Below are positions 1 to 8,761 of a stretch of 40,972 nt of DNA, in pieces; position 1 is the first letter of the stretch; every line of letters begins with the position of its first letter. The stretch lies in contig JBJDZN010000082.1 in assembly GCA_051868045.1 (NCBI GenBank), positions 1 through 40,972 of the forward strand, given 5' to 3'. The translations under genes and the position numbers were made by a program. The notes below the pieces were generated by a model. The model searched no databases. It was given only the letters and a program-made list of their open reading frames with translations, and was not told the origin of the DNA. This DNA is from Eubacteriales bacterium. Lineage in GTDB: Bacteria; Bacillota; Clostridia; Oscillospirales; CAG-272.

Positions 1-12
1 GAGGATAAAGAA

Positions 13-990
13 ATGTTTACCAAGAGTTTATTCAAGATGGGACTGGTGAGGAAGACGGCGGCGGCACTGCTGGCATTGACCTGCTGTGTGGGATGTCTTG
101 TGGGCTGTGACAACGGCAAGACACCGGACAAGGGCGAAGACAGCAATCAGACCACGACGCAGCAGGAGGGAACAGGCGATCCGAACGGTGGGACAGAGAA
201 TCCGAACGGTGGGACAGAGAATCCGGACGGCGGGACAGAGGAAAAGTATTATGTTCCGTCTGTTCTATCAGTGACAGCCGGCGGCGAAACACAAGCATTC
301 GAAGTCAAATGGAAAGACAACAGCATGGAGTTTTGTTTCGAAGATAAAGTGGGTGTTTCTGTTGCATTTGACGGCAATGGAAATCAGACTGAACAAATCT
401 TTTATAATGAGGACGGCAGTGTTTACTCACGAAAAGAATTCAAATATGATGATAACGGAAATCAGACGGAAGAGATTGATTATAACTCGGAAGGCAGTGT
501 TTCCCGGCGTTATGAATACAAGTATGACCAAAGCGGCAATCTGACGGAAGAGATTTACTATGATGCGGACGGCAGTATTTCTTACCGTTTGGAATGCAAG
601 TACGACGACAGCGGAAATCTGACGGAAGAGACATGTTATACTTCAAGCGGCAACGTTGCTTACTATTATCGTTACGAGTACGACAGTAACGGTAACCGGA
701 TGCGTGCGGTGCATGACTTCTACTTATATGAAGGTGATTCCACCAAATACTATGAGTACAAGTATGATGATAATGGCAATCTGACGGAAGAGATTGAATA
801 CAACTCGGACGGCAGTGTTTTTTACCGTTATGAATACAAGTATGACCAAAACGGTAACCGGATGGGTACGATCTGGTATGGAGAAGACGGAAGTGTTGTT
901 ATGGAATACATGTACAGTCAATACATCGAAGGAACAAAGGCGCAGCAACAATTTTTCAAGGATTTTGATTTTTTGAAACTTGACGCATAA
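13..990 (+). CDS. Lipoprotein with about 7 YD/RHS-like 26-aa repeats (paralog 1)
   Basis: GAGGA upstream of ATG, signal peptide ending in LVGC lipobox, acidic linker, repeats of EYKYDxxGNxTEExxYxxDGSV. Confidence 0.85.
   Translation: MFTKSLFKMGLVRKTAAALLALTCCVGCLVGCDNGKTPDKGEDSNQTTTQQEGTGDPNGGTENPNGGTENPDGGTEEKYYVPSVLSVTAGGETQAFEVKWKDNSMEFCFEDKVGVSVAFDGNGNQTEQIFYNEDGSVYSRKEFKYDDNGNQTEEIDYNSEGSVSRRYEYKYDQSGNLTEEIYYDADGSISYRLECKYDDSGNLTEETCYTSSGNVAYYYRYEYDSNGNRMRAVHDFYLYEGDSTKYYEYKYDDNGNLTEEIEYNSDGSVFYRYEYKYDQNGNRMGTIWYGEDGSVVMEYMYSQYIEGTKAQQQFFKDFDFLKLDA
178..240 (+). repeat. 3 x 21-bp tandem repeat encoding (D/N)P(N/D)GGTE linker
   Basis: gatccgaacggtgggacagag / aatccgaacggtgggacagag / aatccggacggcgggacagag; paralogs 2 and 3 have one copy. 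Confidence 0.95.
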
Positions 991-1105
991 TCATCATATA
1001 ACCGAATAATCAAGCCCCCTAACCAAAAGCAAAACTTCTTGCTTATGGTTGGGGGTATGTGTTCTTTGATCGGAAAGTTTTGAAAAGTTTTCAGATAAAT
1101 CCGAT

Positions 1106-1138
1106 ACTGCCGCAAATGCAATCAGCGTTTGCGGCAGT
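1106..1138. repeat. 14-bp stem hairpin, copy 1 of cassette boundary element
   Basis: actgccgcaaatgc-aatca-gcgtttgcggcagt; near-identical copies at 2150-2182 and 3273-3305. Confidence 0.9.
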
Positions 1139-1179
1139 TGGCTTATTGCAAAAAAATATGTATTGTTTCGTTTTTTCTC

Positions 1180-1208
1180 TTGACAATCCGAAATAATTCG
1201 TGTATAAT
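1180..1208 (+). promoter_or_regulatory. sigmaA promoter of lipoprotein 2
   Basis: TTGACA-17bp-TATAAT. Confidence 0.85.
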
Positions 1209-1246
1209 ATAACAACACTATTTTATGACGAAAGAAGGACAGAACG

Positions 1247-2134
1247 ATGAAAAAATGCGGCAAACTTTTCACACTTTTGCTGGCGGGGTGTGTTCTTTTC
1301 GGTTCGCTGATTGCTTGCGGCGGATCGGATTCACCCTCCGATGAAGACAGCGGCAGCAAAAAGACCACGACCCGGCAGGAGGGAACAGGCGATCCGAACG
1401 GTGGGACGGAGAAAAAGTATTATGTTCCGGCTAAGCTATCAATGACATCCGACGGTGAAACATTAACAGCCGAGCTCAAATGGCAGGAAAACAGTGTGGA
1501 CGGCTATGAGGATGGTGTATTGTCTTATCACACGGAATTTGATAACAACGGTAATCCGACGGAAGAGATTTACTATGACTCGGACGGAAGTGTTTACATG
1601 CGTTATGAATACAAGTACGACCAAAGCGGCAATATGACGGAAATGGCTCGATATGCCTCGGATGGAAGTGTTTCCTCGCGTTTGGAATATAAGTATGACC
1701 AAAGCGGCAATATGACGGAAATGATTTCCTATGACGCGGACGGAAGTGTTTCCTGGCGTTATGAATACAAGTACGATCAAAACGGCAAGCAAACGGAAGA
1801 GATTGAATATGATTCGGACGGAAGTGTTTTCTGGCGTACTGAATACAAGTATGACCAAAACGGCAATCAGACGGAAGAGATTGAATATGACTCGGACGGA
1901 AGTGTGTCCGGCCGTACTGAATACAAATATGACCAAAACGGCAATCAAACGGAAGAGATTTACTATGACTCGGACGGAAGTGTGTCCGACCGTATGGAAT
2001 ACAAATATGACGACAACGGTAATATGATTGAACAAGCATATTACGATTCAGACGGCGAAATCATGGGAAAATATACGATCGATCAATGGATCGAGGCAAC
2101 AGAGGCACAGTATAAATCCTACTTAAGACAGTGA
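1247..2134 (+). CDS. Lipoprotein with about 7 YD/RHS-like 26-aa repeats (paralog 2)
   Basis: RBS GAAAGAAGGA, lipobox LIAC, 78-bp tandem repeats. Confidence 0.9.
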   Translation: MKKCGKLFTLLLAGCVLFGSLIACGGSDSPSDEDSGSKKTTTRQEGTGDPNGGTEKKYYVPAKLSMTSDGETLTAELKWQENSVDGYEDGVLSYHTEFDNNGNPTEEIYYDSDGSVYMRYEYKYDQSGNMTEMARYASDGSVSSRLEYKYDQSGNMTEMISYDADGSVSWRYEYKYDQNGKQTEEIEYDSDGSVFWRTEYKYDQNGNQTEEIEYDSDGSVSGRTEYKYDQNGNQTEEIYYDSDGSVSDRMEYKYDDNGNMIEQAYYDSDGEIMGKYTIDQWIEATEAQYKSYLRQ

Positions 2135-2149
2135 ATGAAATACCCCGAT

Positions 2150-2182
2150 ACTGCCGCAAACGCAAACAGCGTTTGCGGCAGT
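2150..2182. repeat. 14-bp stem hairpin, copy 2
   Basis: actgccgcaaacgc-aaaca-gcgtttgcggcagt, perfect stem. Confidence 0.9.
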
Positions 2183-2225
2183 TGACTTTTTGTAAAAAAA
2201 CACGGCGATATTCCGTTTTTTTTCC

Positions 2226-2254
2226 TTGACAATCCGTAAAAATTCGTGTATAAT
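2226..2254 (+). promoter_or_regulatory. sigmaA promoter of lipoprotein 3
   Basis: TTGACA-17bp-TATAAT. Confidence 0.85.
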
Positions 2255-2293
2255 TAAAAAAACACTATTTCATGACGAAAGAAGGACAGAACG

Positions 2294-3253
2294 ATGAAAA
2301 AATGCGGCAAATTTTTCACACTTCTGCTGGCGGGGTGTGTTCTTTTCGGTGCGCTGACCGCTTGCGGCGGATCGGATTCACCCTCCGATGAAGACAGCGG
2401 CAACAAAAAGACCACGACCCGGCAGGAGGGAACAGGCGATCCGAACGGTGGGACGGAGAAAAAGTATTATGTTCCGTCTATGACATCAAATACATTCGAC
2501 GGCGAAACAGTAACATGCGAGCGCAAATGGCAGGAAAACAGTGTGGACGGCTATGAGGATGGTGTACTGTCTTTTCACAAGGAATTTGATAACAACGGCA
2601 ATCGGACGGAAGAGATTTACTATGATTCGGACGGAAGTGTTTCCTCTCGTACCGAATACAAGTATGACCAAAGCGGCAATCTGACGGAAGAGATTCGATA
2701 TTATTACGGAAGTGTTTACTGGCATTGTGAATACAAGTACGACCAAAACGGCAATCGGACGGAACAGATTGAATATGACTTTGACGGAAGTGTTTCCACC
2801 CGTACCGAATACAAGTATGACCAAAGCGGCAATCTGACGGAAGAAATTGCCTATGACTCGGACGGAAGTGTTTACAGTCGTTATGAATACAAATATGACC
2901 AAAGCGGCAATCTGACGGAAGAGATTGACTATGATTCGGACGGCAGTGTTTACAGTCGTTATGAATACAAGTATGACCAAAGCGGCAATCTGACGGAAAT
3001 GATTTCCTATGACGCAGACGGAAGTGTTTCATGGCGTTTGGAATACAATTATGACCAAAACGGCAATCGGACGGAACAGATTGAATATGATTCGGGCGGA
3101 AGTGTTCTCGTGCGTATGGAATATAAGTATGACGACAATGGCAATATGACGGAATATACATATTATGCTTCAGATGGCGAAATATTGGCAAAATATGCGA
3201 CCGATCAATGGGTCGAGGCAACAGAGGCACAGTATAAATTCTACTTTGAGTGA
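2294..3253 (+). CDS. Lipoprotein with about 8 YD/RHS-like 26-aa repeats (paralog 3)
   Basis: N-terminus nearly identical to paralog 2, lipobox LTAC, 78-bp repeats. Confidence 0.9.
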   Translation: MKKCGKFFTLLLAGCVLFGALTACGGSDSPSDEDSGNKKTTTRQEGTGDPNGGTEKKYYVPSMTSNTFDGETVTCERKWQENSVDGYEDGVLSFHKEFDNNGNRTEEIYYDSDGSVSSRTEYKYDQSGNLTEEIRYYYGSVYWHCEYKYDQNGNRTEQIEYDFDGSVSTRTEYKYDQSGNLTEEIAYDSDGSVYSRYEYKYDQSGNLTEEIDYDSDGSVYSRYEYKYDQSGNLTEMISYDADGSVSWRLEYNYDQNGNRTEQIEYDSGGSVLVRMEYKYDDNGNMTEYTYYASDGEILAKYATDQWVEATEAQYKFYFE

Positions 3254-3272
3254 ATGAATTAAATACACCAAT

Positions 3273-3305
3273 ACTGCCGCAAATGCAATCAGCGTTTGCG
3301 GCAGT
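3273..3305. repeat. 14-bp stem hairpin, copy 3
   Basis: Identical to copy 1. Confidence 0.9.
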
Positions 3306-3351
3306 TGGCTTATTGTTTCATAAAAAACACGGCGATATTCCATTTTCCCTC

Positions 3352-3380
3352 TTGACAATCCGTAAAAAATCGTGTATAAA
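3352..3380 (+). promoter_or_regulatory. sigmaA promoter of lipoprotein 4
   Basis: TTGACA-17bp-TATAAA. Confidence 0.75.
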
Positions 3381-3419
3381 TAAAATGACACGATTTCATG
3401 ACGAAAGAAGGACAGAACG

Positions 3420-5006
3420 ATGAAAAAATGCGGCAAACTTTTCACACTTTTGCTGGCGGGATGTGTTCTTTTCGGTGCGCTGACCGCTTGCGGCGGATCG
3501 GATGATGTACCCTCCGATGAAGACAGCGGCAGCACAAAGACAAGCAAAACCACGGTCAGCGAAAGCAATCCCGAGTCCGATCCCGATCCCGACCATACTC
3601 ACCTCTGGAGCGAGTGGGAGGTGACAAAGGAAGCCACCTGCGCCGAAGAGGGCATCTTATCCCGCAGTTGTGAATGCGGCGAAACCGAGACACAGCCCAT
3701 TGCAAAGCTTGAGCATACTGCGGGGGATTGGCAGACCGTAACTCCCGCAACCCCGGAGGCTCCCGGAAAAGAAGTTCTGCTTTGTTCGGTCTGCGGCGCC
3801 GAAATGGATTCACGGGAGATCCTCATGGATCTGGAAGGGTTCTATCATGCCGATTCTGCCGGCTATTACCGGGGGTTTGTATCTATCGGAATGAAGACCG
3901 ACTATGTGATTTTCAACACCAACAAAGAGGTTGTCTACACCTTTGCCACTGATGAGAATCCCGAGGTCTACGGCGGCGGCTACTTCCTTTCGAAGCAGGG
4001 CGACACAGAATATCTGAAGAAGGCAGACGGCACTGTGATCTGCTCCACCGAATCGCTGGGAATTTCGGGATTCGGTCTGAACGGAAACTATACCGCCAAT
4101 GTCTCCTTCCTGACCGACGGCTATGTCCTTGCCTATAAAGTCAACGAGACCTATGCAGGCGTGACCTATGAGATCGGTATTCTGGGTGTGGACGGCAAAT
4201 GGATCGTTCCGCTGTCCGCCGATCATCCCATCCTTTCCTCCGGTATGAATTGCTCCGCATCCGCCTTTCAGGAGAAACTGCGGTATATGGGAGAAGGCAT
4301 CCTGCTGGTTCCCGTTCAGATAAACGGGTACTCCTATGATTATGTGCTTTACAGCATCGGGGACAATGAGGTCTGTCGGTTTACCGTCGACAGCTATGCT
4401 CGCAATCTGGACTATATCATGACGGTCACAACGTTTGAGGACGGAGTCATCTACCGCACCTACGGCAGCACAATGTACGAGATTCACAAGGACGGAAAGG
4501 TGAAGCTCACCGATCTATTCCCGGACGGCACCTATAATTTCGGCATCTTCGGCTACCATGTGGATAAGGACGGCAGCTATATTGTCCTCAGCGGCAACGG
4601 CTGGAATATGGAGCTGCGCCGAAACGGTACTCTGATCAAGTCCTTTGAGGATGTGAACATCACCAACGCCGTCTATGTGGGCGATGTCTGGCTGATCTAT
4701 ATCGTGAATTCCGAAGGCACCCGCTATTACACCTATTTGAAGCCCGACGGCGAATTCCTCTTTGAACCCATCAAGACAGAAGCCTCCTACATCTGCACAG
4801 AGGAGGGCATCGGCATTTCCTATGATGACGATAAAGTCGGACAGGCGGACGGAATGAAGATCGTGATCGACAGGGAGGGCAAGGTTCTGTACCAAAGCGA
4901 ACAATTGACCACCGATCTCTCCATCAAAAACGGCATCATCTGTGAGACGGATGAGTCCGCTTTCGGTTCGGCTTCGTTTGAAAAATATACCCTTTTGACT
5001 CAATAA
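3420..5006 (+). CDS. Lipoprotein with the paralog 2/3 leader, two Cys/His repeats and a beta-rich (possibly WG-repeat-like) C-terminal region
   Basis: MKKCGKLFTLLLAGCVLFGALTACGGSD leader; HTHLWSEW..ATC..G..C.CG repeats; no YD repeats. Confidence 0.8.
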   Translation: MKKCGKLFTLLLAGCVLFGALTACGGSDDVPSDEDSGSTKTSKTTVSESNPESDPDPDHTHLWSEWEVTKEATCAEEGILSRSCECGETETQPIAKLEHTAGDWQTVTPATPEAPGKEVLLCSVCGAEMDSREILMDLEGFYHADSAGYYRGFVSIGMKTDYVIFNTNKEVVYTFATDENPEVYGGGYFLSKQGDTEYLKKADGTVICSTESLGISGFGLNGNYTANVSFLTDGYVLAYKVNETYAGVTYEIGILGVDGKWIVPLSADHPILSSGMNCSASAFQEKLRYMGEGILLVPVQINGYSYDYVLYSIGDNEVCRFTVDSYARNLDYIMTVTTFEDGVIYRTYGSTMYEIHKDGKVKLTDLFPDGTYNFGIFGYHVDKDGSYIVLSGNGWNMELRRNGTLIKSFEDVNITNAVYVGDVWLIYIVNSEGTRYYTYLKPDGEFLFEPIKTEASYICTEEGIGISYDDDKVGQADGMKIVIDREGKVLYQSEQLTTDLSIKNGIICETDESAFGSASFEKYTLLTQ

Positions 5007-5019
5007 GATAAAAAAACAG

Positions 5020-5074
5020 CGCATGGAGCGGTCTCAGATACAGATACCTGTCTGTATCGGGACCGCTCCATGCG
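5020..5074. terminator. Long hairpin between convergent genes
   Basis: cgcatggagcggtc...gaccgctccatgcg with inner gatacaga pairing; A-run on left. Confidence 0.7.
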
Positions 5075-5095
5075 GTTTCTGACATCGTTTGAAGT

Positions 5096-6859
5096 TTATA
5101 CAGCAAACTGGCTGTTCCAGAGGTTGGCATAGAAGCCGCCCTTTTCCAGCAGGGTCTTGTGATCGCCCTGCTCGATGATGTTTCCGTCCTTCATGACCAG
5201 AATGATGTCCGCTTCACGGATGGTGGACAGACGGTGAGCGACGATAAAGGAGGTGCGCCCCTTCATCAGTTCGGCGAAGGCATCCTGAATTTTCAGTTCG
5301 GTTCGGGTATCAATGGAGGAGGTGGCTTCATCCAGAATCAACATGGGCGGCAGGCAGAGCATGATTCGGGTGATGCAGAGCAGCTGTTTCTGCCCTTGAG
5401 ACAGGGAGCCGCCGTCCTCTCCGATCTGAGTCTGATAGCCCTTGGGAAGCCGCATGATAAAACTGTGGGAATGGGCTGCCTTGGCGGCGGCGATGACCTC
5501 TTCATCGGTGGCATCCGGTCTGCCCATGACAATGTTGTCCCGGATGGTGCCCGATTTCAGCCAGGTTTCCTGTAAAACCATGCCGTATCCCCGCCTCAGG
5601 CTGTTGCGGGTGCAGTTGCGGATGTCCACGCCGTCCACCGAGACAGAACCGGAATTCACATCGTAAAAACGCATGAGCAGATTGATCAAAGTGGTTTTGC
5701 CGCATCCGGTGGGACCGACGATTGCCACACGCTGACCGGGTTTAACCTGCAGATTGAAATCCTGTATCAGCTTTTTCTCGGGAACATAGGAGAAAGAAAC
5801 ATTATCCAGTTTCACAGCCCCCTTGGCATGAGTGAGGACAACGGCATCCTCTCCGTCGGGAACCTGGGAGGTCTCGTCAATCAGGTCAAAGAGTCGGGAT
5901 GCGCAGGCAAGGGCGTTCTGAAGTTCGGTAACCACGCCGGTGATCTCATTGAAGGGTTTCGTGTACTGGTTGGCATAGGCAAGCAGGGTTGACAGGGCAC
6001 CGACGGTGAACAGATCGGGATTCCCGGATTTTGCGGTGAAAACCACGGTCAGTGCGCCGACAAACGCCACTGCCGCATAGACTACGTTGTTTACGAATCG
6101 GGTGCAGGGATTGGTCAGGGAAGAAAAAAAGGTGGCACGCAGGGAATATTTTCCCAGCCGTTCGTTGATTTCGTCGAAGGTTTTCAGATTTTCGTTTTCG
6201 TGGGAGTATGCCTTGACCACCTTCAGACCGTTCATCATTTCTTCAATGAAGGCAGTCTGCTCCCCTCGGGTTTCGGACTGCTTTAAAAACATGGAATGGG
6301 TATGTTCGGCGATAAATTTCGCAACAAACAGGGAAAGCGGGGTCAGAATGACCACAATCAGGGCAATTTTCCAGTTCAGTGCCAGCATAAATCCCAGTGT
6401 TCCGAGGATGGTGACGATGCCGGTGAAAAATTGGGTAAAGCCCATGAGCAGACCGTCGGCAAACTGATCGGCATCGGCAATGACTCTGCTGACAATGTCA
6501 CCGGTGGAATGGCTGTCCAGATAGGACAGAGGCAGAGTCTGAATCTTGTAGAATGCCTGTTTGCGAATGTCACGGACCACGTTGTAGGTGATCTTGTTGT
6601 TGCAGACCGACATAATCCACTGGGAGAGGGCAGTCAGTCCTACGGTTATCGCCGCATGAACCAGAATGACCTTGATGGTATCAAAATCGACGGCATCCTT
6701 GCCTATGATGCAGTCGATGGCACGTCCGATCAGAATAGGGAAGTACAGGGTCAGTGCTACGGTGACAGCGGCGAGGAGAATGGAGATCAGCAGATAAATC
6801 CGATAGCTTTTCAGAGACTTCAGAACCTGCCGGATGACGGAGGGTTTGGTTTTAGCCAT
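5096..6859 (-). CDS. ABC exporter ATP-binding/permease subunit B
   Basis: TM domain, Walker A GPTGCGKT, signature LSQGQ, LDEATS; start moved to ATG 6859 after GAAAGGA. Confidence 0.93.
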   Translation of the reverse strand: MAKTKPSVIRQVLKSLKSYRIYLLISILLAAVTVALTLYFPILIGRAIDCIIGKDAVDFDTIKVILVHAAITVGLTALSQWIMSVCNNKITYNVVRDIRKQAFYKIQTLPLSYLDSHSTGDIVSRVIADADQFADGLLMGFTQFFTGIVTILGTLGFMLALNWKIALIVVILTPLSLFVAKFIAEHTHSMFLKQSETRGEQTAFIEEMMNGLKVVKAYSHENENLKTFDEINERLGKYSLRATFFSSLTNPCTRFVNNVVYAAVAFVGALTVVFTAKSGNPDLFTVGALSTLLAYANQYTKPFNEITGVVTELQNALACASRLFDLIDETSQVPDGEDAVVLTHAKGAVKLDNVSFSYVPEKKLIQDFNLQVKPGQRVAIVGPTGCGKTTLINLLMRFYDVNSGSVSVDGVDIRNCTRNSLRRGYGMVLQETWLKSGTIRDNIVMGRPDATDEEVIAAAKAAHSHSFIMRLPKGYQTQIGEDGGSLSQGQKQLLCITRIMLCLPPMLILDEATSSIDTRTELKIQDAFAELMKGRTSFIVAHRLSTIREADIILVMKDGNIIEQGDHKTLLEKGGFYANLWNSQFAV

Positions 6860-6889
6860 AATAGACAATCCTTTCTTGAGTCCCGGGAC

Positions 6890-8626
6890 TCAGCCTATGT
6901 CGGAATGGGTTTTCTGCTTCTCATCGGGATACTGAGAGTAGTAAATCTCCTGATAGACAGGGCAGGATTCCAGCAGTTGAGAATGGGTTCCGATTCCGAC
7001 GGTCTTTCCGTCATCCAAAACGATGATCCGGTCGGCGTGCATCAGGGTTGAGGTGCGCTGAGAAACCAGGAAAACGGTGGGTTTTTCGGGAATCGTGCGG
7101 ATTGCTTTGCGCAGTGCCGCATCGGTGGCATAGTCCAGGGCAGAGGCACTGTCGTCCAGTATCAGGATCTCGGGATGCCTGACCAGCGCACGGGCGATGG
7201 TCAGACGCTGTTTCTGACCGCCGGAGAAGTTCCGCCCCGCTTGGGCAACCTCTGCGTCCAGCCCTCCTTTGGCGAGGGCAACCTCTTTTGCCTGAGCCAA
7301 CTCCAGTGCCTGCCACATTTCGTCGTCAGTGGCATTCGGATTGCCCCATTCCAGATTGGAACGGATGGTCCCCTTGAACAGGGTCGCCTTCTGCATGACA
7401 ATGCCGACTTTTTGACGGAGGACTTCGGGATCGTACGCTTTGACATCCAGTCCGTCTATGATGACCTCGCCTTCGGTGGCATCATAGAAGTGGGAAAGCA
7501 GATGCACCAACGAGGACTTGCCCGATCCGGTGCCTCCGATGATTCCCACGGTTTCTCCCCGGTTTGCAGTGAAGGAGATTCCTTCCAATGCTTTTCCGCC
7601 GGCACCCCGGTAGGTCAGCCCCACATTCCGGAAGGTAATGAAGGGATCATCGGGATGTTCAACCGGTTCCAGCTTGTCGTCCTGCTCGTCGGTTTTCAGC
7701 ACATCCGCCACACGGTTTGCACAGGCAAGTGCCTTTGTGATGGTGATAATCAAATTGGCGAGCTTGATCAGTTCAACCAGAATCTGAGAAAGGTAGTTGT
7801 AGAGGGCAATGACGTCGCCCTGTTCCAGATCGCCGCTTTGCACCCGGGCACCGCCCACCTGAATCAGCCAGATGATGGCAAGATTGATCAGCACATAGGT
7901 CAAGGGGTTCATCAGTCCCGAAATCCAGCCGACCCGCCTCTGGGCACGGTTCAATTCGCCGTTTGCTTGGTCGAAACGCTTCTTTTCACTGTCCTCCTTG
8001 CAGAAAGCACGAAGGACACGGACACCGGTGAGATTCTCACGGGTTGTGGACAGGACTGTGTCCAGCCGATTCTGGGTCTTTTTGTAGAGGGGAATGGTGA
8101 TCAGAAGAATGCCGAAAACGACCACCGACAGGGCGGGAATGGTGACGGCAAAGATCAGTGCAGACCTTACATCAATGGTAAATGCCATGATCATGGCACC
8201 GAATACGATAAAGGGGGAGCGCAGAAACAGTCGCAGGGTCATATTCACTCCGGACTGCACCTGATTGACGTCGCTGGTCATACGGGTGATCAAGGTGGAG
8301 GAGCCTATTCGGTCCATAGCGGAGAAGGTAAAGGATTGAATCTTGTCAAACAGGGCATGACGAACCTTTGTACCGAATCCGATGGCAGCCTTGGCAGAAA
8401 AATACTGGGCAGTTACCGAAAAACCGAGTCCGATCAGCCCCAGAGCCAGCAGAATCAGGCAACGGGTGACGATGAAGCCGGTGTCCTGATTTTTGATGCC
8501 CACGTTGACGATGGCGGCAACGACAAGAGGCACGAACAGTTCAAAGGTCGCTTCCAGCAGCTTGAACAGCGGTCCCAAAACCGTTTCTTTTTTGTAATCC
8601 TTCAGATATTTCAGGAGATCTTTCAT
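6890..8626 (-). CDS. ABC exporter ATP-binding/permease subunit A (degenerate site)
   Basis: GGTGSGKS, FSGGQ, LDDSAS (D for catalytic E), Q in H-switch; typical heterodimeric exporter. Confidence 0.93.
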   Translation of the reverse strand: MKDLLKYLKDYKKETVLGPLFKLLEATFELFVPLVVAAIVNVGIKNQDTGFIVTRCLILLALGLIGLGFSVTAQYFSAKAAIGFGTKVRHALFDKIQSFTFSAMDRIGSSTLITRMTSDVNQVQSGVNMTLRLFLRSPFIVFGAMIMAFTIDVRSALIFAVTIPALSVVVFGILLITIPLYKKTQNRLDTVLSTTRENLTGVRVLRAFCKEDSEKKRFDQANGELNRAQRRVGWISGLMNPLTYVLINLAIIWLIQVGGARVQSGDLEQGDVIALYNYLSQILVELIKLANLIITITKALACANRVADVLKTDEQDDKLEPVEHPDDPFITFRNVGLTYRGAGGKALEGISFTANRGETVGIIGGTGSGKSSLVHLLSHFYDATEGEVIIDGLDVKAYDPEVLRQKVGIVMQKATLFKGTIRSNLEWGNPNATDDEMWQALELAQAKEVALAKGGLDAEVAQAGRNFSGGQKQRLTIARALVRHPEILILDDSASALDYATDAALRKAIRTIPEKPTVFLVSQRTSTLMHADRIIVLDDGKTVGIGTHSQLLESCPVYQEIYYSQYPDEKQKTHSDIG

Positions 8627-8691
8627 GGAAAAGCGGATTCCTTTCTCATTTTATCTTGGTTCGGAAAATTCAGGAAGAGGGAAGAACCGAC

Positions 8692-8743
8692 AAAAAACGG
8701 GGCTTGCGCAGTATCTGCGTGCGCAGTATCTGCGAAAGCCCCG
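8692..8743 (-). terminator. Intrinsic terminator of the ispH-rpsA operon
   Basis: cggggctt...aagccccg followed by T6 on the minus strand. Confidence 0.75.
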
Positions 8744-8761
8744 CTTTCAGTAACCATTAGA

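Noticed and set aside
360-3200. CRISPR array or DGR target in the 78-bp repeats
   Set aside because: Repeats are in-frame coding units with no unique spacers; no reverse transcriptase, template repeat or cas gene is in the window and the variation does not look adenine-specific.
13-3253. Rhs polymorphic toxins
   Set aside because: Proteins are short lipoproteins without the DPxG core end, toxin tail or immunity gene.
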